Of a stretch of 64,000 nucleotides of DNA, positions 1 through 12,977 are shown piece after piece (position 1 is the first letter of the stretch; each line of letters starts with the position of its first letter). The position numbers and the translations under genes are program-made. The notes beneath the pieces are model-generated. The model made no database searches and was not told the origin of the DNA. It saw nothing but the letters and a program-made list of their open reading frames with translations. The DNA is from Neocallimastix sp. 'constans'. Its lineage: Eukaryota. The stretch covers positions 124,001 through 188,000 of the forward strand of contig JBODTK010000114.1 in assembly GCA_050613775.1 (NCBI GenBank). The letters run 5' to 3'.

Positions 1-729
1 TATAAGTTTGTTTATTTGTTATTTATAATTTATTAAATTTGTTTATTATTTTGTTTATTTGTAGTCTTAGAAAAATATTATTTATTAATTTATTTTAGTT
101 TTTAATTAAAATTATTAATGATTAATTAATTTATTATGATTTTATTTTAATTATTTTTATTTAATTAAATTTTCTTAAATATGGATTTAATTTTTTTGAA
201 TGGATTAATTTTTGGGTTAAGTTAGACAAGAATTTGTTTTTTATTATTTATTTTAATTTAATAATTTTGTTATTTATCAAATTGGTATGGTTCATATAAT
301 TTTAGGAATATAATAATAATTAACACAAATAATAAAATTACAATAAAAAAAAATAATTTATTTTAAAATCAATATTTATTTATTTAAATTTATAAAAGAA
401 AAATAATATAATTATTTATTTAATAAAAAGAAAGTTATTGATTATATTTTATTTCACTAAAAATTACATGTATTTATATTTTTTTATCAAATTAAAATTT
501 GTAAAGCCTAACTATTTTTTTAATAAACTAATTACTAATTATTTTTATAAATAAAACATTTAAATTGAAATTGAATTATTATTTTAGTTAATAATATTAT
601 TGTTATAAATGGTAGTTATATATTATTGAATTATTAATTATTTAATAATAGTTTAATACTAATATATATAAAATAAAAATAAAGAGATTATACAGAATAT
701 TTTATTGTGGTTTAGTTAAATTTAGTAAT

Positions 730-1373
730 TGTAACGGAGGTGCTTCTATTGTAAAGGCGGGATGAGATATAGAAACACAGAAAGGAGAAAACTCAATAGG
801 TTTACACTATCTGTATAAATAATTCGTTTTATTAGAAATATTTTTTATTAATTATAAAATTTAAAATAATTATTAATATTAATCAACAAGGTAATATTTC
901 GAATTACTTATACGTTAATTATTATTAATAAAAGCACGAAGAAAAATATTTTCATTCGTGAAGTTCGCACTATTTATACTTTTAACGGAAAAACAGTTTT
1001 AACATGTAAAAATAATTTTAAAGAAATATTTAGAAATATGTTTGTAATAATTAATAATGTAAAGTTTCTAGAATATAGATTTTAATTGATGAAAATGAAT
1101 CTTATCAAAAAAGAATAAAATAATTTATATAATAAGAATTTCTAAATTCATTTCGGTTGAATTACGAACCGAAAGAATCTTTAACTTTCTATAATTTTAT
1201 ACAGAAAGAATATTCAAGAAGATATTATTAATAATTAATAAAATAATTAATAAAATAATTATTTATGCAAAATGGGTTGAGGTGTGAGTCGAACCCATGA
1301 AGTATTGGTCATGGTCAATGTAACTAACCATTGAACCAAAGTTCTAATTTTACTAACTGAAGATTTCGTTACA
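730..1373 (-). repeat. 3' LTR of element A (644 bp)
   Basis: Near-identical direct repeat of 5992-6618; TG...CA ends; TATAAATA on minus strand at 971-978. Confidence 0.95.
1285..1338 (-). promoter_or_regulatory. Pol III A box/B box (tRNA-like internal promoter) in element A 3' LTR
   Basis: Minus strand TGGTTCAATGG (1338-1328) and GGTTCGACTCA (1295-1285) at tRNA-like spacing. Confidence 0.75.
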
Positions 1374-1705
1374 TGGTCCGCCTCCAGGATTCGGATACCA
1401 GACGAATCTAACAGTTAGGCATAACTTATACTAAAATTAAGCAAACTAAACTAAACTAAACTAAATTAAACTAAACTAAACTAAAATAAAATAAAATAAA
1501 AATAATAATTAACCATTTTATAGTACGAACTTTTTTGAATAAAATTACATGATATTAATAAAGTTACATGAATATAATGTATAATAAGAATACATGAATA
1601 TTAATAATATTTAATAATATAAAATAATATTTAGTAATATTGATATTAATAAATTAATATAAGTTTGATATTAATAAAGTGAAGATTCATTTTCAAGTTT
1701 TAACT

Positions 1706-4150
1706 TTAGTTATTATTGTTAAATTCTTTTAAGAGTTTAGGGCAATTTAAGTTTTCTTCGGGTTCCCAAGATGCTTCAGATAAAGGATAGCCTTTCCATT
1801 TAATAAGATATTGGGTTTTGCCATAATGTTTTCTTTTATCAAGAATTTTTTCAACTTCGTATTCTTCTTCATTGTCAATAATTATCGGTGGTGGTGGTTC
1901 TTTCTTTCGTCCAAAGTGATCTTCATAAAATGGTTCAAGTTCAGAAACATGTATTACAGGATGGATTCTGATTTCTTTTGGTAAGTCTAACTTATATGAA
2001 ACGGGAGAAATTTTCTTAATGATTTTATATGGACCAAGTTTTCTAGGTTTAAGTTTTTTATTTCCATTATGAATTATAAGTGAACTATTAATCCACACTT
2101 TATCACCAGGTTCAAAATTTGGAGCTTCAATACGATGTTTGTTTGCAAATTCTTCTTGCTTTTTTCTTGCTTGTTGTAAATTTCCATTAAGTGTTTTAAA
2201 TAATTCTGAAAGGTCTTTTGTAAATTCATCAGCTCTAGGAACATCTGTACTGTTTGGAATTGATGGTGAATATCTTGGATTATATCCATAGTTTGCATAA
2301 AAAGGTGAGTGCTTAATTGATTCTTGAATTGAATTATTATAACTGAATTCTGCTAGGAATAAAAAATTATACCAATCAGAACCTTTAAAGTTTGAATAAC
2401 ATCTTAAGTATTGTTCAATAACGGAGTTCACCCTCTCCGTTAAACCATTGGTTTGGTGATGGAAGGGAGAAGCAAGTTTTGTTGTAATATTGAAGGATTT
2501 ACAAATAGCTGACCAAAATTTTGAAGTGAATTGAGTATCTTTATCGGAAAAAAAATCGGAGGGTGGTTTATGAATACGGAAGAGATCATTTATGGCTTTC
2601 TTGGGAACAAATAAAACAGAAGCAGCAGCTGGAGATTTAGATTTACTAATAAATTTTTTGTCTTCATTTTCTTTAATATATTTCTTTGAAGCTAGAGATT
2701 CTTTTTCAGTTAAGGGGTAGATTGGATCATAATGAAGTTTTTCATTTTGTTTGGGTTTAATCTCGCTATCAAAAGGACAATAAGGAGGTGATTCATTAGT
2801 GTATATTCCACTGAAAGTGTCTATAAATGGAAGTAATTTTTTTGGTAATGATTTGCTTATTTTATTATTGATTTCTTCATTTTCATTTTTGTCATTTTGT
2901 TTAGTAGTATTTAAAGGAACATAAGAAGTAAAGGAATTAGGGTTGATTAAACAATTTTCAACGCAATAATTGGAATTAAATCTTAAGACTTTATTTTTGA
3001 AGTCAATATCAGGATTGTGAGTAGAAATCCATTCGAAACCTAAAATAGCACAATAAGAAGGAAGGTCAACCACATAGAATTGAGTATTACATTTATGGTT
3101 ATTATAAGTGATGGAAATAAGAAGAGTTTTTCCAAGAATAGTTTGCTTTCCAGCAATGCCAGATACCTTAGGGAAATTAGTTTTGGTTGAATACGGGATA
3201 TTATTTTCTTTAACATAGTAAATATCCATTAAATTAATTTGAGAACCAGTATCGAGAAGAATTTTAGCAGTAGAATTTGTATTATCAATACTCAAAGAAA
3301 ATTCGTAAATAGGAAGATTTGAGTCAGAAACTCTAGGTCTAGAAATAGGTTTTGATTCGGGATTAGAAACATAAGTGCTACTTGATGAAGGTTTATTTTT
3401 ATTTTTATATTTATTTTTAAGTGGACAATTGTCGAGAGAATGTTCAGAGGATCCACAATACAAACAAAGATTTTCTCTTCTTCTTCTTTCTTTTTCTTCT
3501 TGAGATAGAGGTCCATGAGGTTTGGATTTAAATTGCTTTTGGAAAAAGAATGATTTTTTGCCTTTTTTATTTTTATTATTAGTACTATTATTTGAATTTT
3601 GACCTTGAAGATTGGAGAATTGTCTATGAGTAGAAATACGATTATCGATTCTAGATGCAATTGTTTGCATAGCAAGGAGGGTTTGAGGTCCAGGAAACAT
3701 TTCTAAAATTCTAGTAGCAATATGGTCATGTAGACCGGCAAGAAAGGCGTCCATCTTGGCTTCTTCATTCCAGGAAGATTCATCGGCGTATTTATTAAAT
3801 TCTAAAATATAATTTCTGACTTCACCAATTCGTTTTTGTTTGATTGTTCTTAATTTCTGGTTCGCAATAAAGGTAGAATCGTAGCTTCCAAATACTGATT
3901 TTAATCTAGCAATGAATTGATTATAATTAAGGAGACAAGGATCTTGGTTTTCAATGAGAGTAGCAGCCCAATTCATGGCGTTTCCATACAAACGAGAAAT
4001 GATATAGATTACTTTAGCTTCATCGTTTGCAAATCTTTCCGGTTGAATCATAAAAATAAGTTCCATTTTAGCTAGAAATCCTTTAAAGAATCGACGATCA
4101 CCAGCAAAACCGTCCTTAAAGGTAGGATTTTCTTGATTATAGTTGTCCAT
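1706..4150 (-). CDS. Gag-protease-(RT/RNase H deleted)-partial integrase-chromodomain fusion ORF of element A
   Basis: Zinc knuckle [14 protein letters not shown]; protease LLDTGS; RT start VLFVPKK joined in frame to integrase core near 2596; GPY motif; chromodomain [10 protein letters not shown]...YLIKWKGY...SWEPEENL; close homolog of 22304-26503. Confidence 0.92.
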   Translation of the reverse strand: MDNYNQENPTFKDGFAGDRRFFKGFLAKMELIFMIQPERFANDEAKVIYIISRLYGNAMNWAATLIENQDPCLLNYNQFIARLKSVFGSYDSTFIANQKLRTIKQKRIGEVRNYILEFNKYADESSWNEEAKMDAFLAGLHDHIATRILEMFPGPQTLLAMQTIASRIDNRISTHRQFSNLQGQNSNNSTNNKNKKGKKSFFFQKQFKSKPHGPLSQEEKERRRRENLCLYCGSSEHSLDNCPLKNKYKNKNKPSSSSTYVSNPESKPISRPRVSDSNLPIYEFSLSIDNTNSTAKILLDTGSQINLMDIYYVKENNIPYSTKTNFPKVSGIAGKQTILGKTLLISITYNNHKCNTQFYVVDLPSYCAILGFEWISTHNPDIDFKNKVLRFNSNYCVENCLINPNSFTSYVPLNTTKQNDKNENEEINNKISKSLPKKLLPFIDTFSGIYTNESPPYCPFDSEIKPKQNEKLHYDPIYPLTEKESLASKKYIKENEDKKFISKSKSPAAASVLFVPKKAINDLFRIHKPPSDFFSDKDTQFTSKFWSAICKSFNITTKLASPFHHQTNGLTERVNSVIEQYLRCYSNFKGSDWYNFLFLAEFSYNNSIQESIKHSPFYANYGYNPRYSPSIPNSTDVPRADEFTKDLSELFKTLNGNLQQARKKQEEFANKHRIEAPNFEPGDKVWINSSLIIHNGNKKLKPRKLGPYKIIKKISPVSYKLDLPKEIRIHPVIHVSELEPFYEDHFGRKKEPPPPIIIDNEEEYEVEKILDKRKHYGKTQYLIKWKGYPLSEASWEPEENLNCPKLLKEFNNNN

Positions 4151-4873
4151 ATTGAAATAAATAAGGTAGAGTAGAATAAGTTTTCAAAGATAAAGAATAG
4201 GCGGTAGAATCCAGAAGTTCCCAAAGTGGTAGTAGAGATTCCAATAATCCAAAAGGTAGTAGATAGGTAGTAGAGATTCCAAAAGTTCAAAAGTTGTTTA
4301 TTGGTAGGTTTCCAAGGTTAATGGATAAGAACACAAAATTTTAATAACACTTTATAATATTTTATAATTAAATATTTTTATTTTATAATTATTTATCAAA
4401 AATTACTGAAATATAAACTAGATTATATAGTATTGGGCCAACTAAATATATAATCTATCAAAGTTTTATACGATAAGTTCCTTTAGCCTTTTAGTGATAA
4501 CGCAGATAAAATCGATTGTTAATGTCTTATAGACAAAAGGAAGTAATATTGTTAGATTCTTTATTATGTCTAACTTATTGTTAGCTGAAAAGAATAAAAC
4601 AAATTATTTTCCCCTATATCAATAGTATCTGAACACTAAAATGTTACGAAAACAGAGACCAACTTCTGTCGCTTTGGAAGTCGTATAAACCTTATATTTA
4701 TATTTTAATCTTTGTTTTCTTAATTATAAAATTATAATATTAATTATAAAATTATTGATTGATAAAATAGAATAGTACTATTGACTCACAACTATAGAAA
4801 AAAACCGTCAGTACTATTATAACTAGTGCCGCGAGTAAGCACGAAATAAAATTTTAAAATACTATATAATTTT

Positions 4874-5062
4874 AATCTTACGCCTTCGGTGACGTAAGCT
4901 CCTTATTCGCCAGAGTTGTTGCAAACCTAGAACCGTTTTCCTTTATAATAGGCTACGGTGCTCTCTTATAGAGTTTTACCTAGTCTAGAACCAAATCTAT
5001 TCGTCGAGTGCAACACTAAAGAAGACAATTCTTCTAACTCTGTATATGAGCTCTATTCGCTC
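4874..5062 (-). ncRNA. Conserved structured cis-RNA motif in element A 5' UTR (function unknown)
   Basis: 4874-4913 is identical over 40 nt to 19451-19490; 5037-5062 matches 19655-19680; compensatory stems versus the copies in B and C. Confidence 0.65.
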
Positions 5063-5471
5063 GTATAAACGCTTTTTTAAATAATTAAATAAAAAATAAA
5101 ATTGAACAAGTTTTTCTTGCTATTATTTCAAGCAAGTAATTTATTAAAATAATTAAAAATAAAAAATTATTATTACAATTATTAATATTAATATTATTAT
5201 TATTTTTTTTTTTTTTTTTTTTTTTTACTAAGCTAATTTAAAAAATTATTATTTTTGTGATAAATTAAATGAAAGAAAAATTTTTTTTTATTTATCTAAA
5301 ACTAATTGATTTATTCACTAAATTAATCTAAAATATTTATCTAAAAATTAAAAATTTTTTTCTTATTAAATTAATTTAATATTATTTATCTAATTATAAA
5401 TTAATTTTGTTGGTAAATATTAGAATTAATTTTAAAGGGTTAAGGTAATACAAGATTAATTTAATATTATC

Positions 5472-5507
<36 letters not shown>

Positions 5508-5991
5508 GTTAAGGTAATGCAAGTTTTATCTTAATAGGGTAGTACAAATTTAAATTGAATTATTTGATCGGGTAGTACAAGAATTTTTGTTATAAGAATT
5601 AATTTCAACAACCATAGGATTAGGATTATCCGGTAATATAATAGATTCAAAGGATTGAATTATATAATAGTGAAGGTAACTCAAAACAGACAAGGTGATA
5701 ATTTGAATAGGAATCAATAGGCAGTAATTATTCGTCTGGGAGGAGATAAAATCCGAGATTAAAAGATATAGAAGTCCGGTATTAAAGAGATAGTAGATAA
5801 GAAGATTTATTCAAAGATTATTAGACTAAGATAGAGAGAACCGGAGTAGGTATTTGTTCTTTAATAGTAGAATAGTAAAAGTAGAAACCCAACGATTGCC
5901 AAAAGATATTGAGAAGGTAGAATTCCTAAAGGTAGAATGTCTGTGGGATAGCGTAAAGGTATTGAGGGCTTGGATTAGCAGGTGCTTTTAT

Positions 5992-6618
5992 TGTAACGGA
6001 GGTGCTTCTATTGTAAAGGCGGGATGAGATATAGAAACACAGAAAGGAGAAAACTCAATAGGTTTACACTATCTGTATAAATAATTCGTTTTATTAGAAA
6101 TATTTTTTATTAATTATAAAATTTAAAATAATTATTAATATTAATCAACAAGGTAATATTTCGAATTACTTATACGTTAATTATTATTAATAAAAGCACG
6201 AAGAAAAATATTTTCATTCGTGAAGTTCGCACTATTTATACTTTTAACGGAAAAACAGTTTTAACATAAAAATAATTTTAAAGAAATATTTAGAAATATG
6301 TTTAAATAATTAATAATGTAAAGTTTCTAGAATATAGATTTTAATTGATGAAAATGAATCTTATCAAAAAAAAATAAAATAATTTATATAATAAGAATTT
6401 CTAAATTCATTTCGGTTAAATTACAAACCGAAAGAATCTTTAACTTTCTATAATTTTATACAGAAAGAATATTCAAGAAGATATTATTAATAATTAATAA
6501 AATAATTAATAAAATAATTATTTATGCAAAATGGGTTGAGGTGTGAGTCGAACCCATGAAGTATTGGTCATGGTCAATGTAACTAACCATTGAACCAAAG
6601 TTCTAATCTTACTAACTG
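5992..6618 (-). repeat. Main part of element A 5' LTR
   Basis: Matches 730-1359; interrupted after ...ACTAACTG by element B. Confidence 0.95.
6544..6597 (-). promoter_or_regulatory. Pol III A box/B box in element A 5' LTR
   Basis: Minus strand TGGTTCAATGG (6597-6587) and GGTTCGACTCA (6554-6544); element B starts 22 bp from the first A-box base. Confidence 0.78.
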
Positions 6619-6829
6619 TGTTACGGAACAAATAAAATAATTAAAATTATATATAATTATTAAAGATTAAAAATTATTAATATTAGTGGAATTAAATAAT
6701 TAATATTAAAATATTAAAATAATTATAAATCTAGTTATAATAAATTAGAAAATGTATTAATTATTATCTTTATTTAATATTGTAATACTTAATAATATTT
6801 TAATAGTTTATTATATTTTATTATTATAT

Positions 6830-7190
6830 TTTATTATTAAATTTTTATTATTAAATTTTTATTATTAAATTTTTATTATTAAATTTTTATTATTAAATTT
6901 TTATTATTAAATTTTTATTATTAAATTTTTATTATTAAATTTTTATTATTAAATTTTTTTAAATTTTTATTATTAAATTTTTATTATTAAATTTTTATTA
7001 TTAAATTTTTATTATTAAATTTTTATTATTAAATTTTTATTATTAAATTTTTATTATTAAATTTTTATTATTAAATTTTTATTATTAAATTTTTATTATT
7101 AAATTTTTTTAAATTTTTATTATTAAATTTTTATTATTAAATTTTTATTATTAAATTTTTATTGTTAAATTTTTATTATTAAATTTTTAT
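6830..7190. repeat. 14-bp minisatellite (TAAATTTTTATTAT)n inside B 5' LTR; second copy about 28740-29100 in the 3' LTR
   Basis: Direct reading of a period-14 tandem array. Confidence 0.9.
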
Positions 7191-7726
7191 TCTAATCCAA
7201 TCAAATAACTATTCTAAATGTATAAAAAGAACAAAGTAGTACAATACTTTAGTTCTTTTTTTTTTCTTACAACTTTATTATTATATTATTCTTTTGATAT
7301 TTTCGAGTTTAAATGATAAATTTAGATAGTTAAATTAAAATAAAATTAGTTTAAATAATTAAATTTAAATAGTTTAAATAATAAATTAGTATAGTTTAAA
7401 TAATAAAGTTAGAATAGATTAAATAATAAAAATAAAATAGTTTATTTTAAATAAAGTTAGAATTAAAAATAATTTAAGTTTTGTATTAAGTGTTTAAAGG
7501 TTTTTAGTGTTTGGTTAATAGTTTTAATAATTATAGTTGTTAGTTAAATTAGTTATATTAGGTTATATTAATTTTGAATAATTTATTTTAGTTTAAATTG
7601 TTTAGTATTTAGATTTTTAAATTAGAATAATAGATTAGAATAATAGAATAGAATTTAAAATTTTCTTTAATTATTAGAATATATTATTTTATGATAAAAA
7701 TTCTTCAGTTCTGTACCATAAAGATT

Positions 7727-7744
7727 TGGCGAGCTATGCAGGAC
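7727..7744 (+). promoter_or_regulatory. tRNA primer-binding site of element B (probably tRNA-Arg)
   Basis: TGGCGAGCTATGCAGGAC 8 nt after the LTR; complement ends ...GCTCG-CCA like eukaryotic tRNA-Arg 3' ends (isoacceptor is inferred). Confidence 0.7.
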
Positions 7745-8102
7745 CTGAAGAAATAAAATAATATGAAAATAATAATTTTAGAAAAATTTTATTAATTAAT
7801 AAAGTTTAGAAATAGAAAAAAAAAAAAAATTTTTAATTGATAGAATAAAAATAATAATAAATAAAAAATAAATAATTAATTAGTTAATTAGGAAATAGTA
7901 TAAAATTTTAATTAGAAAAAAAAAATAAAAATAAAAATAAAATAAAATAAAATAAATAAAATAAAATATAAGTAAATAATATAAAAATTTTAATAAAATT
8001 AGAGTTAGAAAAAAAAAATAATAATTATAATAATTAATAGTAATTTAATATTAATTTATTATTTTAACTCAAAGAAGATAACAAAACCAAAAAATATAAT
8101 AA

Positions 8103-8342
8103 TTCATATACAGTGTGTAAACCGTAAGGAAATTAATTAATAACGAATTAGGGTGATTCCAATTTGTTATTAATTAAGGTTTTTAGTCGATTTTGTGAGT
8201 GCGGTTTTCCGTCCCGGAGTAATATAAATTTATACTCCCCACGACACATCTCCGTAGTTCGTTAACTATTCGAGTGTTGGCAGGGTTTCCGGACAAGATC
8301 GAGCACTGGCGAATAATGAACTTATTTCACCGAAGTTATAAG
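8103..8342 (+). ncRNA. Divergent copy of the structured 5' UTR motif in element B
   Basis: TTCATATACAGTGT ... GCACTGGCGAATAATGAA followed by hairpin CTTATTTC-ACCGAA-GTTATAAG. Confidence 0.6.
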
Positions 8343-8750
8343 GTTTTTTTTTTAGAATTATTATATGAATATAAAATAAAGTTGTCATTAATAAAATTCA
8401 GTGGAAAATTTCAATAAACAATATTTCAATCCAATAACAATTATTTTTAAATTCAATTAGTTCAATATTTAATTCAACTAGAGAATTGAAAAATTATACT
8501 CAACACATCCATCCATCAACTTAAATTAAAAAAGTGACAATAAAATTAATAATTAAATTAAAATTTCATTCATCAATCCATCAATTAAGAAATAATATAA
8601 CAAGCGATAATAAAATTAGAAATAAAATAAAATTTCATTAATCCATCCATCAAATTAAGAAATAAATTAGGAAGTGATAATAAAATTTATAATCAAAAAG
8701 AAAACCCATCCATTCATACATCAATTAATAATTTCAAATTAAATTCCAAA

Positions 8751-9806
8751 ATGAAAATATTAGAACTACAAAGAATTCTACCAAGACTCAACGAAAACGC
8801 AAGAGATATAGATTCTTGGTGCGAAGAATTTACAAGAATTATGTCTCTAGCAGATATAAATAATCCAAAAAATATACTCACATGGGCTATCGAATGTGTC
8901 GATGGAAAGTTAAAAGGGACTTTACAAGAATTACATACCAAGAACGAAGAAGAAAATGATATCTACCCTTCTATTGAAGAAATCAAAAAAGCAATAGAAA
9001 ATGAACTTGAGATAACACCCCAAGAGAAATGTAAAAGGTTACAAAGAATGAAAATTAGAAGAGGAGAAAGTATAAAGAACTTTAATTGGAGATACAAGAA
9101 AATTTATAATAATCTACCGAAAATTTACCAAACATTTATTACTGTTGAAGACTACGCAGATTCAATAATCTATCGACCTTATGCTAGATCTCAAGTCATA
9201 ACCCAACGATGTTTCGACTTAGAAGATGCATTCGAAGAAGCTGAATTGGCAGAAAGAGCCGAAGAAATTGGAGATGCCGCTAATGAAGCAGTAATGACAA
9301 CAGTTTTTAATTCCCAACCATTTTATTACAGAAATAATGTTCATCCTTTCAAACAATTTAATTCTTCGATTTATAATAAGAATTATAATCAAAGTTATAA
9401 CCAAAATCACAATCAAAATTATAGTAGAAAGCAATTATACAACTCATACAATAAAAGGAATCAACCAAATTATCAAAATTATAATGAATTTAATGAATTC
9501 CAGCATGGTTTTAGTAATCCAAAGATTGCCAATAATAAAAGAACTTATAATCAAGAAGAATACGAGCAAAAAAATAATCTAGTGAATATTAAGCAAAATT
9601 TCGATGATACAAGACTTAATAATGAATTTACGAATAATGAAACTAACCAGAATAGAAAGAAAATTATTACCAAAAAATCACCGATTACATGCTATCGTTG
9701 TGGACAACAAGGCCATTACTATAAACATTGTCCATATTCTTTCAAACAACTTGCTGAATTCGAAAATCAAAATCAAGGCTCTTCTAACGATCATTTAAAC
9801 TTCTAA
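8751..9806 (+). CDS. gag: Gag of element B
   Basis: C-terminal zinc knuckle CYRCGQQGHYYKHC; lies after PBS/UTR; ends at a slippery site. Confidence 0.9.
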   Translation: MKILELQRILPRLNENARDIDSWCEEFTRIMSLADINNPKNILTWAIECVDGKLKGTLQELHTKNEEENDIYPSIEEIKKAIENELEITPQEKCKRLQRMKIRRGESIKNFNWRYKKIYNNLPKIYQTFITVEDYADSIIYRPYARSQVITQRCFDLEDAFEEAELAERAEEIGDAANEAVMTTVFNSQPFYYRNNVHPFKQFNSSIYNKNYNQSYNQNHNQNYSRKQLYNSYNKRNQPNYQNYNEFNEFQHGFSNPKIANNKRTYNQEEYEQKNNLVNIKQNFDDTRLNNEFTNNETNQNRKKIITKKSPITCYRCGQQGHYYKHCPYSFKQLAEFENQNQGSSNDHLNF

Positions 9807-9826
9807 AAGGGAGAAGGGAAACTCCC
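9794..9826 (+). promoter_or_regulatory. -1 ribosomal frameshift signal, gag/pol of B
   Basis: T TTA AAC slippery heptamer followed by a GGGAG-loop-CTCCC hairpin; same architecture in element C. Confidence 0.75.
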
Positions 9827-12622
9827 ATTAATCAAACCAAAGAAGAAATTGTAGCTACTGCTATTAGAAAAAAAACAAATTTATTAATTGAAAAACCATA
9901 TGGAAAAAACAAAAGGAAAAATAAAGAAAATAATACAATTAATCAAAATAATCAAATTGATTCTAATACAAAAACTAACAATGAGAATATCGAAATCGAA
10001 GATGATGCAGTTTCAATCGACAAAATATATCCAAATGAAACAGAAAAACTTAACCAAATTGATGTTTCTGTAATAAGTCAACCATCAATTAATAAAGCAA
10101 AAAAGAACGCAAGAAAACAAAGAGAAAATGAAATTGTAAACATTAATAATAAAGAAACGAATAAACACAAAGAAAAAGCTAAACTTCCAAGTATCGAGTT
10201 AGCTGAAAAGAAAGTTAAAAACTCTAATTTTAATAAGCAAATCACAATTATGGAAGGACAACCAAAGTATGACATTTGTAAGGATATAAGCTCAAAATTT
10301 GCTAATATTACAGTTCCACAATTATTAGATGTTAGTCCAAAACTTCGTGCAGATTTTATTAAGGCATTAAAACTCAAAAGTCCTGAAACTCTTAATGAAT
10401 CACCTGAAGAAATCGTACTGTCTGCCATGCATAGAGAAGATGTAGCAACTGTTGAATGTTTTATTAATGATATTAAAGGTTTAGCATTTTTAGATACATG
10501 TGCCAGTATCAACATTATCACAAAAAACTTCCTAAATAAATTGAATAAAATTAAACCTATAGGATTTGTTAAGAACAACATTGTACAAGTATTATCAAAA
10601 GAAAACGTTTACACTGAAATTTATTTACTAAATGTTAAAATTGGAAAATTAGTTATACATGATATTTTCAGAGTCATTGATAATGATCAAAATTTGTTTG
10701 ATATATTAATTGGCTACAGAACACTTAAAGAAAACAATTTATTCATCAATCCTCTTAACAATAATCTATGTTTAATGAAAGAAGATGATTCTTGGGAATA
10801 TATTATAAAACTTGGTAAAGGCAATAATGGAAATATTATTAATAATAATGATGATGATGCTGAATCTATAATAATATATGATGAAACAAACTCTGATATT
10901 AATAATAATTCTTATTTATATTGCTTTATAAAGGAAGATAATAGTAAGAAAAATAATACGATACTAAAAGAACCAATAAATACAAAAAATTCAAATCTTG
11001 AAACAGGAAATAAAAAAATAAAAAAACAATTTAATGAAGAAATTAACGAAAAGGATAGAATGATAGAAGTAATAATTAATGGAGTACCGAATAAGTTTAA
11101 AAATAAAATAAAAGAAATCTTTAATGAATTCTATTCTATTCTTGCTACTAAAATTGATGAGTTAAAACCAACCAAGTTACTTCCACATAACATTCAACTT
11201 GAAATGAATACTAAACCAATAAAACAAAAATGTTATAGACTTTCAAAAGTTCAGGCTATAGCACTTAAAAAGGAGTTAGAAAAACTTATTAAAAACAAAT
11301 TAATCGAACCCTCGAACTCTCCTTGGTCTTCTCCGGTTATCCTAGTTCTCAAGAAAAATAAAAAATGGAGATTATGTATTGACTTCCGAAAATTGAATAA
11401 CGTTACAATCAAGGACGCTTATGCGCTACCTCTTATCGATGAAATTTTATTTTCTATTGGTAAACAAGTAAAAATATTCACAACAATTGACCTATTTTCT
11501 GGATTCCACCAAATACCCATGAATAAAGAAGATATTCCAAAAACAAGTTTCACGACAATGTACGGTAATTATCAATTTTTAGTTATGCCTTTTGGATTGT
11601 GTAATGCTCCAGGTACCTTCCAAAGAGAAATGAACAGAATATTTTTCCCTCTTATTGGTGTATGTATGTTTGTTTATATTGATGACTTAGTAATATTCTC
11701 TCCTTCCTTAGAACAACATGTTGAAGATCTTAAAAAAGTATTTGAAATTATAAAAGAAAATGGATTAAAGATTAACTTAGAAAAATGTAATTTCTTTAAA
11801 GAAAAAGTAGAACTATTAGGACATACATTGTCGATTAATGGTATTTCTCCAATTCAAGATAAAATAAAAGTTATTTTAGAATGGATACCTCCCAAAAATA
11901 TCACACAATTACAATCATTTCTCGGTGCAGTTGGATACTATCGTAAATTTATATTCAACTTTGCAAATATTGCAAAACCATTATTCAAACTTTTAAAAAA
12001 GGGAGTTAAATTTATTTGGGAAAATGAACAAGAAGAAAGTTTCAATGAATTAAAAAATAAACTAGTTTCAACTCCAATACTTACTATGCCCGATTTCGAA
12101 AAACAATTTATTATTAGAACTGATGCTTCCTATGACGGAATAGGTGGCGTATTACTTCAAAAGGATGAAAATAACAATGAAAAACCAATTCACTTCGTAA
12201 GTCGCTCTTTAAAACCGGCGGAAAGAAATTATGCAATTACGGATCTGGAAGGAACAGCCGCGACTTACTGCGTTAAAAAATTTAAATCATATATTTCTGG
12301 AAACAAATATACGACGCTTCTTTACACGGATCACAAACCTTTAGTAGGATTATTTAAAAATAAAGAAACAAACAATTCAAGACAAACAAGATGGGTCTTA
12401 CTTTTATCAATGCTTAATGTTAAAGTTTTATACGAACCAGGAAAGAAAAATGTTATCGCTGATGCATTATCAAGGTTAAAAACGAAAAATGATGAATTAG
12501 TTGCAACAATAACTTCTGAAATGAACGAAAATAATCTTTTATCAAGCTTTAAAGATAAATTTGTAATCATTAATGGTGAAAAATTTTTTAAGGATGATGG
12601 AAAATTAAGAAAAGTTATTTAT
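9800..12622 (+). pseudogene. pol: Pol of element B, 5' part (protease, RT, RNase H), cut by insertion of D
   Basis: FLDTCAS, WRLCIDFRKLN, YIDD, RTDAS, ADALSR; frame resumes at 27428 after TSD TTTAT. Confidence 0.92.
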
Positions 12623-12934
12623 TGTAACGAATCTTAAAATGTTAAGGTTTTAGAGAATTAAATAAAAATAAAGTAAGGAAACACAAATTTTATTTATTTA
12701 TTTATTATTTTTATTTATTTTATTAATTTTACTTCATGATATTTAAAAATTAGTAGCAAAATTTACAACTATTTATACTTTTTTCAAGGCATAAAAGTTG
12801 TTCTTGCCACTAAATTACATTTTATTTATTTTTTTTTTTATAAAAACTATTAAATTTAAATTGATTTTTATAATTAATTATATAAAATTTAATTATAACA
12901 ATATAAATAAAATACATTTATAATATTAATAAAA

Positions 12935-12977
<43 letters not shown>

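Noticed and set aside
1..724. Host LTR or gene into which A inserted (with 39071-39411)
   Set aside because: AT-rich with no termini, ORF or second copy in the window; cannot be assigned
4874..5062. Hammerhead, HDV-like or hairpin ribozyme, or group I intron, as identity of the UTR motif
   Set aside because: Core consensus elements (for example CUGANGA...GAAA) were not found by eye; left as an unknown motif
10078..10581. Antisense and off-frame short ORFs within gag/pol genes (also 3292-3675, 24933-25328 and others)
   Set aside because: Shadow ORFs of long coding regions with no recognisable motifs
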